Assembly (NCBI GenBank): GCA_035285125.1
Contig: JAYKHR010000167.1
Location: 1 to 47,444, forward strand
Source: Candidatus Sericytochromatia bacterium
Lineage (GTDB): Bacteria; Cyanobacteriota; Sericytochromatia; S15B-MN24; JAQBPE01
Direction: 5' to 3'
DNA: 47,444 nt
A program made the position numbers and the translations under genes. This document shows positions 27,429 to 38,115 of this stretch, in pieces. The notes under the pieces are model-generated. The model was not told the DNA's origin and ran no database searches. It saw only the letters and a list, made by a program, of their open reading frames with translations. Within the stretch, counting starts at the first letter, position 1; each line of letters begins with the position of its first letter.

Positions 27429-28387
27429 GGCGTCGTCCCTGAGGGCTTCGGCGCCGGCTTGGCGGGGGCCGCCCCGGGCCTGGCGGCGGAGGGTTTGGCC
27501 GCGTCACCCGCGGCAGGCGACGGCCGGGGGGCTGGCGTGGGGGGGGCGGGCATCGCGGGGAGCCCGGCGGGCAGCACGAGCACCTCCTCGAGGGCGTCAA
27601 GGTCGACGGCGGGCACAACGCGGAGGTCCGCGTAGAGCATCGCCTGCACCGAGGTGCCAGGGCGCTCCTTCTCGTTCTGGAGCTGCACGATGCGCCCCAC
27701 GGGGAGGCCCTTCGGGAAGGTCCCGCCAAGCCCGCTGGAGATGAGGCGATCGCCGATGCGCCAGCGGTCCGGGCGCTCGAGGTAGCGCAGCACGGGCCAC
27801 TTGTCTCCCTGCCCCTGCATCACGCCCGCGTAGCGGTTGCGCGTGTTCAGCACGGAGACGGCGCTGGCAGGGTCCGTCACGAAGGCCACCATCGCGGTGT
27901 TCGCCGCCAGCGTCACCACGCGCCCGACGAGCCCCTTGCGCGTCGCCACGACGCCGTTGAGCTGCACGCCGCGGTCATGGCCCGCATCGAGCACGATCCG
28001 CTGGTGCCAGTTGTCGGGGTTGCGACCGACGACGCGGGCCACCAGGGGCTCAACGCCCGTCGGCAGCTGCAGCTTGAGCAGGTCATGGAGCCGGGCGTTC
28101 TCGAGGCCCTGCTCCATGCGCGTGTCCAGCAGCGCCTCCAGCTCGCGCACGCGGGCCTCGAGGCGCGCCTTGTCCCGCTCCAGCGTGCGCAGGTCCTTGA
28201 CCCGATCGATGGTCTGGTTCGTCGCCCCCGTGACGTGGTCCACCGCGCCCAGGAAGGGCCGAAACAGCTCGTGCAGCACCATCGTGCGGCCCGAGATCCA
28301 GCTCACGGCGACGGCCGCCCCGAGCAGGGCGGCCAGGAAGGTCAGCTCCCGAGTTGGGACGCGGCGACCGCGTCGGTGGGACGCCAT
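27425..28387 (-). CDS. mreC: Rod shape-determining protein MreC
   Basis: TM segment, coiled coil, ENARL, GLVGRV, SSGLGGTFPKGLPVG. Confidence 0.93.
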   Translation of the reverse strand: MASHRRGRRVPTRELTFLAALLGAAVAVSWISGRTMVLHELFRPFLGAVDHVTGATNQTIDRVKDLRTLERDKARLEARVRELEALLDTRMEQGLENARLHDLLKLQLPTGVEPLVARVVGRNPDNWHQRIVLDAGHDRGVQLNGVVATRKGLVGRVVTLAANTAMVAFVTDPASAVSVLNTRNRYAGVMQGQGDKWPVLRYLERPDRWRIGDRLISSGLGGTFPKGLPVGRIVQLQNEKERPGTSVQAMLYADLRVVPAVDLDALEEVLVLPAGLPAMPAPPTPAPRPSPAAGDAAKPSAARPGAAPAKPAPKPSGTTP

Positions 28388-28397
28388 GCCGCCAGGC

Positions 28398-29447
<1,050 letters not shown>

Positions 29448-29681
29448 TCAGAGGGTTCCAGGTCCGGGGCGGGCGCCTTCCGGCCAAGGGCCGGGGCCTC
29501 CCTCCATGGTGAGGGGCAGGCAGGGCGGGCCGCTGTGACGGACGCGCCTTTTCGAGACGCCGTCCCCGCTCGCCGCAGCGGCGGAGGGGGACAGCGTATT
29601 ATGCCCCCTGCCGTCGCATCCGTCCAATGCCGCGAGGCGCGTCTCGACAAGGGTCCAGGCGGGCCGACGCGTGCCTGAGCG

Positions 29682-30410
29682 TCACGGCCCGGCCCCGCCG
29701 GGGGCGACCCGCGCCTGCGTCGGGGCGCCGCAGACGCTCACGAAGCCCGCGCGGCCCACCACCAGGTGGTCGAGCAGCGGAATGCCCAGCAGCGTGCCCG
29801 CCTCGGAGAGGCGGCGGGTGAGTGCGTGGTCCTCTTGGCTGGGCGTCGGATCACCCGACGGGTGGTTGTGCGCCACCACAACGGCCGCGGCTCCCGCCCG
29901 GATGGCCGGCCGGAACACCTCGCGCGGGTGCACGATGACGGCGTCGAGGGAGCCGACGGCCACCACCTCCGCCCGCAACACGCCGTGCTTGCGGTCCAAG
30001 CACAGCACGCCGAACCGCTCTCGCTCCGAGCCCCCCACGAGCGGGGCGAGGTGGCGCCAGGCATCCTCGGGGCCCTGGACGCGCCTGGGGGGCCGCAAGG
30101 CCCGCGCGGCCAGCCGGTGGGCGATCTCCCGGACCGCCCGCAGCCGGGCGTGGCGCCCGGGGCCGCCGCCCGGCAACGCAGCCACCTCCTCGGCCGTGGC
30201 CCCGAGCAGGCCCGTCAGGCCCGTCGGGTCGGTGGCGTCGGCGAACTGCCCGAGCCAGGCCGCCGCCAGCGCGGCAGCTGGCCGGCCCCGGCTCCCGGGG
30301 CCTAGCAGCAACGCCAGGAGCTCGGCCTCCGGCATCGCAGCCACCCCACCCGCGACCGGCCGGCGCGGCGGCCGTCCGCCGCGCGCGGGCAGCCCCACCC
30401 GCCGGCTCAC
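29682..30410 (-). CDS. radC: RadC/JAB-domain protein
   Basis: ELLALLL, VHPREVF, HNHPSG.P.PS..D and LLDHLVV motifs; GTG start overlaps the maf stop. Confidence 0.92.
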   Translation of the reverse strand: MSRRVGLPARGGRPPRRPVAGGVAAMPEAELLALLLGPGSRGRPAAALAAAWLGQFADATDPTGLTGLLGATAEEVAALPGGGPGRHARLRAVREIAHRLAARALRPPRRVQGPEDAWRHLAPLVGGSERERFGVLCLDRKHGVLRAEVVAVGSLDAVIVHPREVFRPAIRAGAAAVVVAHNHPSGDPTPSQEDHALTRRLSEAGTLLGIPLLDHLVVGRAGFVSVCGAPTQARVAPGGAGP

Positions 30411-31006
30411 AGCAGGCTCCAGCCGAGCTCGCGCCAGGCCGCATCGAGGCTGGGCACGGGCAGCCCCACGATGTTGGTGTAGTCGCCCCGGATCTCGGTG
30501 ACGAGGGCGCCGCCCAGGGCCTGAATGGCGTAAGAGCCGGCCTTGTCGAGCGGCTCGCCCGTCGCGACGTAGGCCGCGATCTCGCTGTCGGAGAGGGCGC
30601 GCATCGCCACGTCGCTCACGGCGTGGCCGACGACGCGCCGCCCCTCGCGGGGCGCGAGCAGCGCGTAGCCGGTGAACACCTGGTGCCAGGCCCCGGCGAG
30701 CCCCCTGAGCATCCGGCGTGCGTCGGCCGCGTCGGCAGGCTTGCCCAGGATCAGCCCGGCCTGCACCACCACGGTGTCCGCCCCCAGCACGAGATCCGCG
30801 TCCGGGTGCCGGGCCGCGACCTCCTCGGCCTTCTCGAGGGCGAGGGCCTCCACCAACCCGGCCGGCGTGATCCCCGGCGGCACGTGCTCGGCCGAGGTGC
30901 TCGGGTCGACCTGGGGCGAGAGCCCCAGCTGGCCGAGCAGCATCGACCGGCGGGGAGAAGCCGAGGCGAGGACGAGGCGGGCCTGGCGCAGATCGCGGTG
31001 GGTCAA
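30407..31006 (-). CDS. maf: Maf nucleoside triphosphate pyrophosphatase
   Basis: LASASPRR, GADTVV, GKP, DKAGSY and NIVGLP motifs. Start uncertain (TTG 31006 chosen; track gives 31051). Confidence 0.93.
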   Translation of the reverse strand: MTHRDLRQARLVLASASPRRSMLLGQLGLSPQVDPSTSAEHVPPGITPAGLVEALALEKAEEVAARHPDADLVLGADTVVVQAGLILGKPADAADARRMLRGLAGAWHQVFTGYALLAPREGRRVVGHAVSDVAMRALSDSEIAAYVATGEPLDKAGSYAIQALGGALVTEIRGDYTNIVGLPVPSLDAAWRELGWSLL

Positions 31007-31197
31007 GGGGCTTCTCCGAGCAAGGGGGGGGCTGGGCTGGCACCATAGCACCGGGGCCAGGCGGAGGTCCAGAGAATGGCGCGAGACGGGACGATGCGGG
31101 TCCTTGACGGCTGGTGAACGGGGCTGGGGCCGGGGTTATTTATGCATTTCTTAACGCAATCTTTTCTGCTTATTAGCGATAACAGTGGCAGGAGAAC

Positions 31198-32592
31198 GTG
31201 CCCATGACGCTCCACTCCCCTCGCCCCAACACCACGGCCCGCCTCGGGCTCGACAGCTACCAGAGCGCCCGCCAGACGGGGGCCCCGCTCGGGGCCTCGA
31301 TGCTGGCGCCCGTGGCCCGGCCCCAGAGCCGGGAGGAACGCCTGCACCTTGCGATGAGCCCGCTCGCGGACGAGGGCACCTGGTTCAAGCTCGTGCAGTC
31401 GCGGGACGTCGAGATCCAGGTCGCGGTGGCCCTCAACGCCCGCGCCACCCGGAACGTGCTCGAGCTGATTGCCCGCACGGGCCACGAAGAGGCCCAGGTG
31501 GCCGTCGCGGCCCACCCCCAGATGACGCCCTCCCTGCTGGCCGTGCTGGCCGGATCCGCCAGCCCCCGCGTGCAGGAGGCCGTGGCCTGCCACCCCCTGA
31601 CGCCGCCGGCCCTGCTCGAGACCCTCGCAGCCTCCCCGCACGCCCCCGTGCAGGCCGCGGCGCTGCGCCACCCCAAGCTGGCCCCCGAGACGATCGCCGA
31701 GGCCCTCGAGGGGCCGCAAGCCCGGCGCGAGGGCGTGGCCCGCAACCCCGCGCTGACGCAGGCGCAGATCGCCGGCCTCGCGGCCGCGGCCACCCCGGCG
31801 ATCGCCTCGGCGCTGCTGCGGCACCCTCGCCTCGACGCCGCGATGTTCGCCCACCTGCTCGCCCACGGCGACGACGCCGTGCTGGCAGCCAGCCTGCGCC
31901 ACCGGCTCCTGACGGCCGGGGGCCTGGAGGCCATCCTGGAGCGCGCCCCGGGCCAGGCGGTGCGCGAGGCCATCCTCGCCTCGCCGCGCGTCTCCCAGCG
32001 GGTGCTCGTGCGCCTGGCGAGCGACCCGGCCCGCCGGGTGAGGGCCAGCGTCGCGCGCCACCCGGACACCCCCGAGGCCACCCTCCTGACCCTGCTGGCA
32101 GACCCCGACGAGGACGTCCGGCTGGCGGTGCTGTCGCGCAGCCCCATCAGCCGGGCGGTGTTCGAGGCCATCGCGTTCGGCCAGGACGCGACGCTGAAGG
32201 TCGCCCTGGCGTGCCACCCCCACGCGCCGGACGAGGTGCTCGTGGCCCTGCTCGAGACCCGCAGCCTCCACGTGCACCATGCCGTGCTGCGCCGGCCGCG
32301 CCTGTCCCCGCGGGTGCTGGCCCGCCTGGCCGCCTCGCCGTTCGCGCCCGTCCGGTTCGAGCTGGTGCAGCGGCCGCAGCTGCCCGCCCTCCTGGCGGAA
32401 GACCTCTCGGCCGACCCGGTGTGGGCCGTGCGGGACATGGCCGTCCGCAGCGGCAAGCTCAGCCGGGAGGCCCTGCACCGGCTCGCCACCGACCCCGTGA
32501 AGTGGGTGCGCCTCACAGCCACAGGCCGGGCGCCCATGTGGCCGTGGGAGTTCGCCCGCCGCGACGCGGACTTCGCCGCCGCGCTGGGCTGA
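31198..32592 (+). CDS. Leucine-rich-repeat-variant (LRV)/HEAT-like solenoid protein
   Basis: Many ~24-aa repeats V(R/Q)xAVAxHPxTPxxLLxxLAxD; AGGAG RBS. Confidence 0.85.
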   Translation: MPMTLHSPRPNTTARLGLDSYQSARQTGAPLGASMLAPVARPQSREERLHLAMSPLADEGTWFKLVQSRDVEIQVAVALNARATRNVLELIARTGHEEAQVAVAAHPQMTPSLLAVLAGSASPRVQEAVACHPLTPPALLETLAASPHAPVQAAALRHPKLAPETIAEALEGPQARREGVARNPALTQAQIAGLAAAATPAIASALLRHPRLDAAMFAHLLAHGDDAVLAASLRHRLLTAGGLEAILERAPGQAVREAILASPRVSQRVLVRLASDPARRVRASVARHPDTPEATLLTLLADPDEDVRLAVLSRSPISRAVFEAIAFGQDATLKVALACHPHAPDEVLVALLETRSLHVHHAVLRRPRLSPRVLARLAASPFAPVRFELVQRPQLPALLAEDLSADPVWAVRDMAVRSGKLSREALHRLATDPVKWVRLTATGRAPMWPWEFARRDADFAAALG

Positions 32593-32747
32593 TGTCGGGG
32601 CCCGCAGCCGTCCGCCCTGCGGGCACCCCACCCTGTTGACAAACAAGCCAACCCGGGTATGCCTCTGAACAGGGCCGGCGCCGAGCCGTCCCTCAGTGGC
32701 CGACTCGCGCCCTGGGGCGCCTGGTTCGAAGAGGACAGGTGGTGGCG

Positions 32748-34703
32748 ATGCGTGACGTGCGTGGCCTGGGTGGCATCTCGCTGGCGGTGGCGGTGGCCGC
32801 CTGCCAGCCGCAGCCAGGGGGCGTGACGGCCCGGCTGACGCTGGGCTGGGAGGACCTTGCCGGCTCCCCGCCCGCGCAGGCCGACATCGCGGCCGTCGAG
32901 CGGCGCTTCAGCCTGCAGGCCCTCGCCGCCTGTGACGGCGTGATCGCCGTGCTCAAGCCCGGCGTGGCGGCGCCCGCCGGGGCCCGGCGGATCGGGGAGC
33001 GCACGTGGGCCCTTCGGGCGGCGTCGGCCTCCGAGGCCACGGCCTGGCTCGCCCGCCTCGAGCGCCACCCCGGCGTGGAGCTGGCCGAACCCGACGTGCA
33101 GGTGCAGGCGACCAGCTGGCCGCCCAACGACCCGCTCCATCGCCAGCAGTGGTCCCTGCCGGCGATCCAGGTGCCTGCCCTGTGGGCGCTGACGCGCGGC
33201 AAGGAGGCCCCCCTCGTGGCCGTGATCGACTCCGGCGTCGACGCGACGCACCCCGACCTGGCGGGCCGCATCGTGAAGGGCCGGGACTTCATCGACCAGG
33301 ACGACGAGCCGAACGACCCGCTGGGCCACGGCACGTTCGTGGCGGGCGTGGTCGCCGCCGCCGCCAACAACGGCCAGGGCATGGCGGGCATCGCCCCCGA
33401 GGCCAAGGTGCTCGCGGTGCGGGTGCTGGACGACACCGGCCGCGGCCGGGGCTCCAGCGTCATCGAGGGCGTGCGCTATGCCGCGAGCGCCGGGGCGAAG
33501 GTGCTGAACCTCAGCCTGGGAAGCTTCTACCCGTCTTCGGCCATGCGGGTGGCCATCGCCGAGGCCCAGCAGCAGGGGTGCCTGGTGGTCGCCGCGGGCG
33601 GCAACACGGGCGACGCCACCGCCACCTACCCGGCGGGCTACGCCGGCGTCATCGGCGTCGGGGCCGTCGACGCGCAGGGCGCGCGCTGCAGCTGGTCCAC
33701 CAAGGGCAGCACCATCCGCCTCGCGGCCCCCGGCCTGGACATCCCCTCGTGCCTGGCGGGCGGGTGGCACGTCGAATCCGGCACCTCCGTGGCCGCGCCC
33801 CACGTGAGCGCGGTGGCGGCGGCGCTGTGGGGCCTCGTGCCCCAGGCCACGGCCGCGGAGCTGGACAAGGCCCTCACGACCAGCGGCCCGGCCGTGACGG
33901 GCTTCCCGTACGCCTGGGTCCGGGGCCTCGATGCCGCGGCGGCCCATCGCGCCCTCGCCGAGGCAGTGCGGCGCCGCACCACGCCCTCGCCGGCCCCCAC
34001 CGAGACCACGCGCCCGGACCAGTTCAGCTGGTCGGGCGCGGGGGCGAAGGGCACCTCGGTCTGGGCCGAGTGGGGCACGTTCGTGCCCCGGGACGGCCGC
34101 CTGGAGGTGACGGCCGGCTCTCCGAGCTTCACCAGAGACGTGCTGGCGGCCTCCCACGCCGAGCCGTCGCTGCACCACCGGCTCACCCTCGACGGCCTCG
34201 CGCCCGCCACCACCTACCGGTGGCGCGTGTCCTTCCTCGACGAGCGCGGCCTGCGGGTCCACGGGGCGGTGGGCACCCTCGTGACGGGCGCGGGCCCGGC
34301 CGGGGCCTCGCCGACGCCCTCGCCGCGGCCAAGCGCCCCCATGCCCGCCCCGACCCGGCCACCGGCCACCCCCAAGCCCACGCCACGCCCCACGCCCACC
34401 GCCACGCCGGGCCCCACTGCCGGAGGGCTGCCGCTGACGGACCTCCTCGTGCTGCCCACGGGCCCGGGCCTGGTGGTCGCCTTCAACACGGCCGTCGCCA
34501 CGACGGCCCGCGTGGAGATCTCCCGCAGGCCCGATTTCTCGCTGCTGCTGCGCACGGAGAACCGCAAGGATCCGGCCACGCGTCACGTCATGTTGATCAC
34601 CGGGCTGCCGAACCACACGCCCCTGTGGCTGCGGATGACCGGAACCAGCGGCAGCCGGGCTGGCACCCCCCAGGTGGTCGGGCCGCTCACGCTGACGCCG
34701 TGA
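32748..34703 (+). CDS. S8 subtilisin-like serine protease lipoprotein with C-terminal Fn3-like domains
   Basis: Lipobox VAAC; triad IDSG / HGT / SGTSVAAP; H.LTLDGL.PATTY Fn3-like motif; Pro-Thr linker. Confidence 0.92.
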   Translation: MRDVRGLGGISLAVAVAACQPQPGGVTARLTLGWEDLAGSPPAQADIAAVERRFSLQALAACDGVIAVLKPGVAAPAGARRIGERTWALRAASASEATAWLARLERHPGVELAEPDVQVQATSWPPNDPLHRQQWSLPAIQVPALWALTRGKEAPLVAVIDSGVDATHPDLAGRIVKGRDFIDQDDEPNDPLGHGTFVAGVVAAAANNGQGMAGIAPEAKVLAVRVLDDTGRGRGSSVIEGVRYAASAGAKVLNLSLGSFYPSSAMRVAIAEAQQQGCLVVAAGGNTGDATATYPAGYAGVIGVGAVDAQGARCSWSTKGSTIRLAAPGLDIPSCLAGGWHVESGTSVAAPHVSAVAAALWGLVPQATAAELDKALTTSGPAVTGFPYAWVRGLDAAAAHRALAEAVRRRTTPSPAPTETTRPDQFSWSGAGAKGTSVWAEWGTFVPRDGRLEVTAGSPSFTRDVLAASHAEPSLHHRLTLDGLAPATTYRWRVSFLDERGLRVHGAVGTLVTGAGPAGASPTPSPRPSAPMPAPTRPPATPKPTPRPTPTATPGPTAGGLPLTDLLVLPTGPGLVVAFNTAVATTARVEISRRPDFSLLLRTENRKDPATRHVMLITGLPNHTPLWLRMTGTSGSRAGTPQVVGPLTLTP

Positions 34704-34820
34704 GGCGGTGTGGAAGCCGGGCAGCTTCCCGCGCCTCCACCTTGTTTCCCCGAGGCGTGGCGGGGGTAGGAAACTCGGGACGTGCGTCCGGCTGAGGGGC
34801 CGGCCCCGTCCGGAGTTTCA

Positions 34821-35354
34821 ATGCGTCAGGGAATCATCATCTTCGCGGAGGCCCACCCGCCCGGCTCGCCGGGCGAACACTCGGTGAGAGCCGCGGTGGA
34901 GGCTGCGATGGCGACCCCGGACGCCACCGCGTTCGTGGCTTACGGGGACGCGACGGCCAGCCAGCGGCTGCGGCAGCACGTCGGGGGGCCACCGCCGCGC
35001 TTCTTCCCCCAGGCCTCGCGCAAGCGCCTCGGCGAGCGGCTGCAGCAGGCCTACGCCTTCCTGTTCATCCAGGGCTACGAGCGCGTGGCGATCGTCGTGG
35101 GGGACCACCCCGTCACGCCCGAGGCCCTCGGCGGCGCCCTCGCGGCGCTGGCCGACGAGCCGCTGCACATCCTGGAGGCCGGGTCGTCCTACGTGGTGGC
35201 GGTGCGCCGCCCGGACTTTCCGGTGGTCGCCCCCGTGTTCGAGGAGGTGCCGTGGGAGCGCGCAGGCGCTCGCGAGGCAGCCCTCAAGCGGCTTGCCGAG
35301 GCCGAGCAGGCCCCCGAGGCCTCCCCCAAACGTCGTCGCTCCCCCGGAGCCTGA
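34821..35354 (+). CDS. DUF2064-like (GT-A-like) protein, degenerate
   Basis: IIIFA..P, PQ...LGERL..A, VAIV.GD.P and FEEVPW motifs. Confidence 0.6.
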   Translation: MRQGIIIFAEAHPPGSPGEHSVRAAVEAAMATPDATAFVAYGDATASQRLRQHVGGPPPRFFPQASRKRLGERLQQAYAFLFIQGYERVAIVVGDHPVTPEALGGALAALADEPLHILEAGSSYVVAVRRPDFPVVAPVFEEVPWERAGAREAALKRLAEAEQAPEASPKRRRSPGA

Positions 35355-35379
35355 CCCAGCCCGCCCAGGAGGTGCCCCG

Positions 35380-35901
35380 ATGGCGATCCGTCCGACCCCA
35401 CCCGCCCCCGGCGGCCCCCCCGCCGGGCGCCAGGTGTTCAAGCCGCGGGCCTCGGTCTACAAGTTCCAGGCCTTCTTCCCGCTGATCCTCGCGGGCCTCG
35501 CCGGCGCCGTGGCGCTTGGCGGCGGGCTGGCCTGGCTCTTCCGCGCCGTGCTGCCGATGTGGTGGATGATCCCGCTGTTCATGGCCTTCCCGGCCCTCTC
35601 CATCGGCGCAGGGGCCATCTACGCGCAGCGCCTCACCCGCTCCCGCGTCGTGGTCGACGACGACAGGCTGCTGCTGCTCCAGGGCAACGAGGTCGAGGCC
35701 AGCATCCCCTGGAGCCACGTCACGCGCCTGACGGTCCGCAAGGAGCGCGAGGAGGACATCTTCGAGGTGTGGCTCCGCGACCAGTGCGTCCGCCTGCCAG
35801 CCGCCTTCTTCGAGCACAGCGACCAGCTCCTGCAGGCCGTGAGCGCCCGCACCCGGCGCCCCTGGGAGCGGGCCCGCCCGAAGCCCGGCCGTCCCGCCTG
35901 A
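35380..35901 (+). CDS. Two-TM membrane protein with a PH-like C-terminal domain
   Basis: AGGAGG RBS, two hydrophobic helices, VVVDDD...IPWSHV pattern. Confidence 0.7.
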   Translation: MAIRPTPPAPGGPPAGRQVFKPRASVYKFQAFFPLILAGLAGAVALGGGLAWLFRAVLPMWWMIPLFMAFPALSIGAGAIYAQRLTRSRVVVDDDRLLLLQGNEVEASIPWSHVTRLTVRKEREEDIFEVWLRDQCVRLPAAFFEHSDQLLQAVSARTRRPWERARPKPGRPA

Positions 35902-35993
35902 GCGTTCACGGGGGGGCCTCGGGCACTGACGGGGCCCCCCCACCCTGAGCCCACCCGGCAGCCCCACGCCCCCCCTTTCCCCCGAGGCCCTCG

Positions 35994-37766
35994 ATGCCCA
36001 CGCCCTTGCTCCACCCCCTCGTCCAGCTCGTCCTGCTCGCCCTCGTGGTGCTCGAGGGGGGGCTGCTCTGGGGGTTTGCCACCACCGACGCCGTCGGCAC
36101 GACGCGGGAGCAGGCCGAGTGCCGCGCGCTCGCGACGGAGGCTGCCGCGATCGTGCAGCAAGCGACGCTGGGGAAGGGCGCGCCGACCGAGCCCCTCGCC
36201 CGCGCCGCGCGGCTCCAGACGGCCCTGCTCGGGCTGAAGCTCGGGGAAGGCGGCTACGCAGTCACGGTGGACCGCCAGGGACGGTACGCCAGCCACCCGA
36301 TCCGCGAGGTCGTGGCCGAGGGCCAGACGCTGCGCAGTCGGGCCGAGGAGACCGAGAACGAGGGGCTCGCAATCTTCGCGGGGCTGCTGCCGAAGCAACA
36401 GGCCGGGCTGGTGCCCTTCACCACCACCCTGGGCCGTCAGCCCGCCTGGCTTGCCTTCCAGGCCGTGCCCGGCTCGGACCTGACGGTGGCCGTCTGCGTG
36501 GTGAAGGGCGAGCTCGCCCCGACGGCGCCGCGCAAGCGCCGGCTGCTGATCCTCGCGGCGCTGGCGCTGGGCCCCCTGCTCGCGGCGCTGGCCCTGTGGC
36601 GCAACCGCAACTGGGCCGACGAGCGCGTGCTGTGGCGCGCCAGCATCGGGGCGGCGAGCGGCCTGGCGCTGGTCGTCGCCGTCACCTGGGCCCACGGCCC
36701 CGTGCACACCGACGAGGACACCGCCAAGCAGCCTGGCGCCGAGGCTGCCGGGGCCCGTCCCAAGGCCCATGCCCTGAAGCCGCTGCTGGACCACGAGGCC
36801 CTCGCCCACCACCAGCACGAGCTGACCTACCGCGCGCAGACGGCCAAGCTGCCGCCCCCGCGCTTCGTGCCCACGGGGCTCTACGTCCGGACGGTGGAAT
36901 TCAACTCCGAGCAAGACGTGCGCGTGGGCGGCACGGTCTGGCAGCGCTTCCGGCTCGGGCAAGACGACGACCTCCGCCGCGGCGTGCGCTTCCCGGAGTC
37001 CATCTCCAGGTCGCTGGCCAGCCTCGTCGAGGTGTACCGCAAGCGGATCGGCCCCGACGAGCTCGTCGGGTGGGACTTCGACCAGGTCATCCGCAGCCAC
37101 AAGCGCTTCGAGGCCTACCCGCTCAACGACGTGTTGGTCGCGATCCACCTGTGGCCGCAGGACCACACCGGCCACGTCGTGCTGGTGCCGGACCTGGGGG
37201 CCTACCCCCTGCTCGCGCCGTGGGCCCGCCCCGGCGTGGACGACCACCTCGTCGCGACGCGCCCGCTGGAGGAGACCTACTTCGGCATGAAGTCGCTCGC
37301 GTTCGGGACCACCTTCGGGGACCCGGGCTTCCCCGGCGAGGTCCACTACCCCGAGCTCACGTACGTGATGAACTTCGAGAACGACATGTACGTGCCCATC
37401 TTCGGGAACCTGATGCCGGTGGTCATGATCGCGGTGCTGCTGTTCGCGACGCTGCTCAACCAGGCCCGGAGCGCGGCCAACTGGGGCGTGTTCGGGATGG
37501 TTTCGGGCCTGTTCTTCTCGCTGGGTGTGGCGCAGGTCAAGCTCCGGGAGCTGTTCGAGACCGAGACCCTGGTCTACCTGGAGCAGTTCTACGTCGTGCT
37601 CTACCTGGCCCTGGCCCTCGTGTGCGTCAACGCGATGCTGCTCGCTCGGCCCGAGGGGCGGCGGCCGGCCTGGGTCGCCTACCGTGACAACCTTCTCGTG
37701 CAGCTGGCCTACTGGCCCCTGCTGACGGGGGCGCTGGCGGTGCTGACCGTCGCGCAGTTCCTCTGA
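35994..37766 (+). CDS. Cache-domain-fused pentameric ligand-gated ion channel-like protein
   Basis: Cache motif GY..TVD..G....HP; Pro-loop-like F.AYPLND; four C-terminal TM helices with Pro in M1. Confidence 0.7.
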   Translation: MPTPLLHPLVQLVLLALVVLEGGLLWGFATTDAVGTTREQAECRALATEAAAIVQQATLGKGAPTEPLARAARLQTALLGLKLGEGGYAVTVDRQGRYASHPIREVVAEGQTLRSRAEETENEGLAIFAGLLPKQQAGLVPFTTTLGRQPAWLAFQAVPGSDLTVAVCVVKGELAPTAPRKRRLLILAALALGPLLAALALWRNRNWADERVLWRASIGAASGLALVVAVTWAHGPVHTDEDTAKQPGAEAAGARPKAHALKPLLDHEALAHHQHELTYRAQTAKLPPPRFVPTGLYVRTVEFNSEQDVRVGGTVWQRFRLGQDDDLRRGVRFPESISRSLASLVEVYRKRIGPDELVGWDFDQVIRSHKRFEAYPLNDVLVAIHLWPQDHTGHVVLVPDLGAYPLLAPWARPGVDDHLVATRPLEETYFGMKSLAFGTTFGDPGFPGEVHYPELTYVMNFENDMYVPIFGNLMPVVMIAVLLFATLLNQARSAANWGVFGMVSGLFFSLGVAQVKLRELFETETLVYLEQFYVVLYLALALVCVNAMLLARPEGRRPAWVAYRDNLLVQLAYWPLLTGALAVLTVAQFL

Positions 37767-37841
37767 CCGCGGGCGGGAAACGGGTGGCCCGGCGACCCGG
37801 CGGCCAACGGTGAAGATGCCCGATCCATGCGGCCCTGGGGG

Positions 37842-37871
37842 TTTACAGCCCCCACCCCCGCGTGCTACGCT
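37842..37871 (+). promoter_or_regulatory. sigma70-type promoter of the 6S RNA
   Basis: TTTACA(37842-47)-N18-TACGCT(37866-71) with extended TG; ends 7 nt before the RNA 5' stem. Confidence 0.65.
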
Positions 37872-37877
37872 GACCCC

Positions 37878-38056
37878 CGTCCACGTGGGTCACGAGCCCC
37901 TGATGTCTTTCGGCTACAGCTTTGAACACGGGAACCCACATCTCTGAAGGTGGCCGTAAACCGTCCTCGCAGACGGAAACCTCAAGCCTTCAGGCGGGAA
38001 CCCACCTGGGGAACCGGGGTTCGAAAGCCTTCAGGCCCGTGATGCTCACGTGGACG
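37878..38056 (+). ncRNA. ssrS: 6S RNA
   Basis: 179-nt rod: 5' CGTCCACGTG..TCACG..CCTGA pairs with 3' TCAGG..CGTGA..CACGTGGACG; inner CTGAAGG/CCTTCAG stem; CCTGATGT and GGGAACCCACCTG motifs recall Firmicutes-type 6S; promoter directly upstream. Confidence 0.8.
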
Positions 38057-38115
38057 ACTCCGCCCGCCCCGCCCGCCCAGCCGCGAGGGGCGGGCGAAGT
38101 CGTCGAGGGGGCGCG

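Noticed and set aside
29682..30410. radC as a marker of a mobile element or defence island
   Set aside because: It sits in its usual housekeeping position between maf and mreB, and no integrase, transposase or att-like repeats were seen in the window.
31257..34616. 1119-aa minus-strand ORF (similarly 16996-19305 + and 41028-42869 -)
   Set aside because: Antisense to well-supported genes (LRV protein, S8 protease, CNNM protein, DUF1501); no recognisable domains.
35910..35941. GC hairpin after the 35380 gene (also the hairpin at 13868-13909) as intrinsic terminators
   Set aside because: Strong stems but no U-tract, so they cannot be called terminators from sequence alone.
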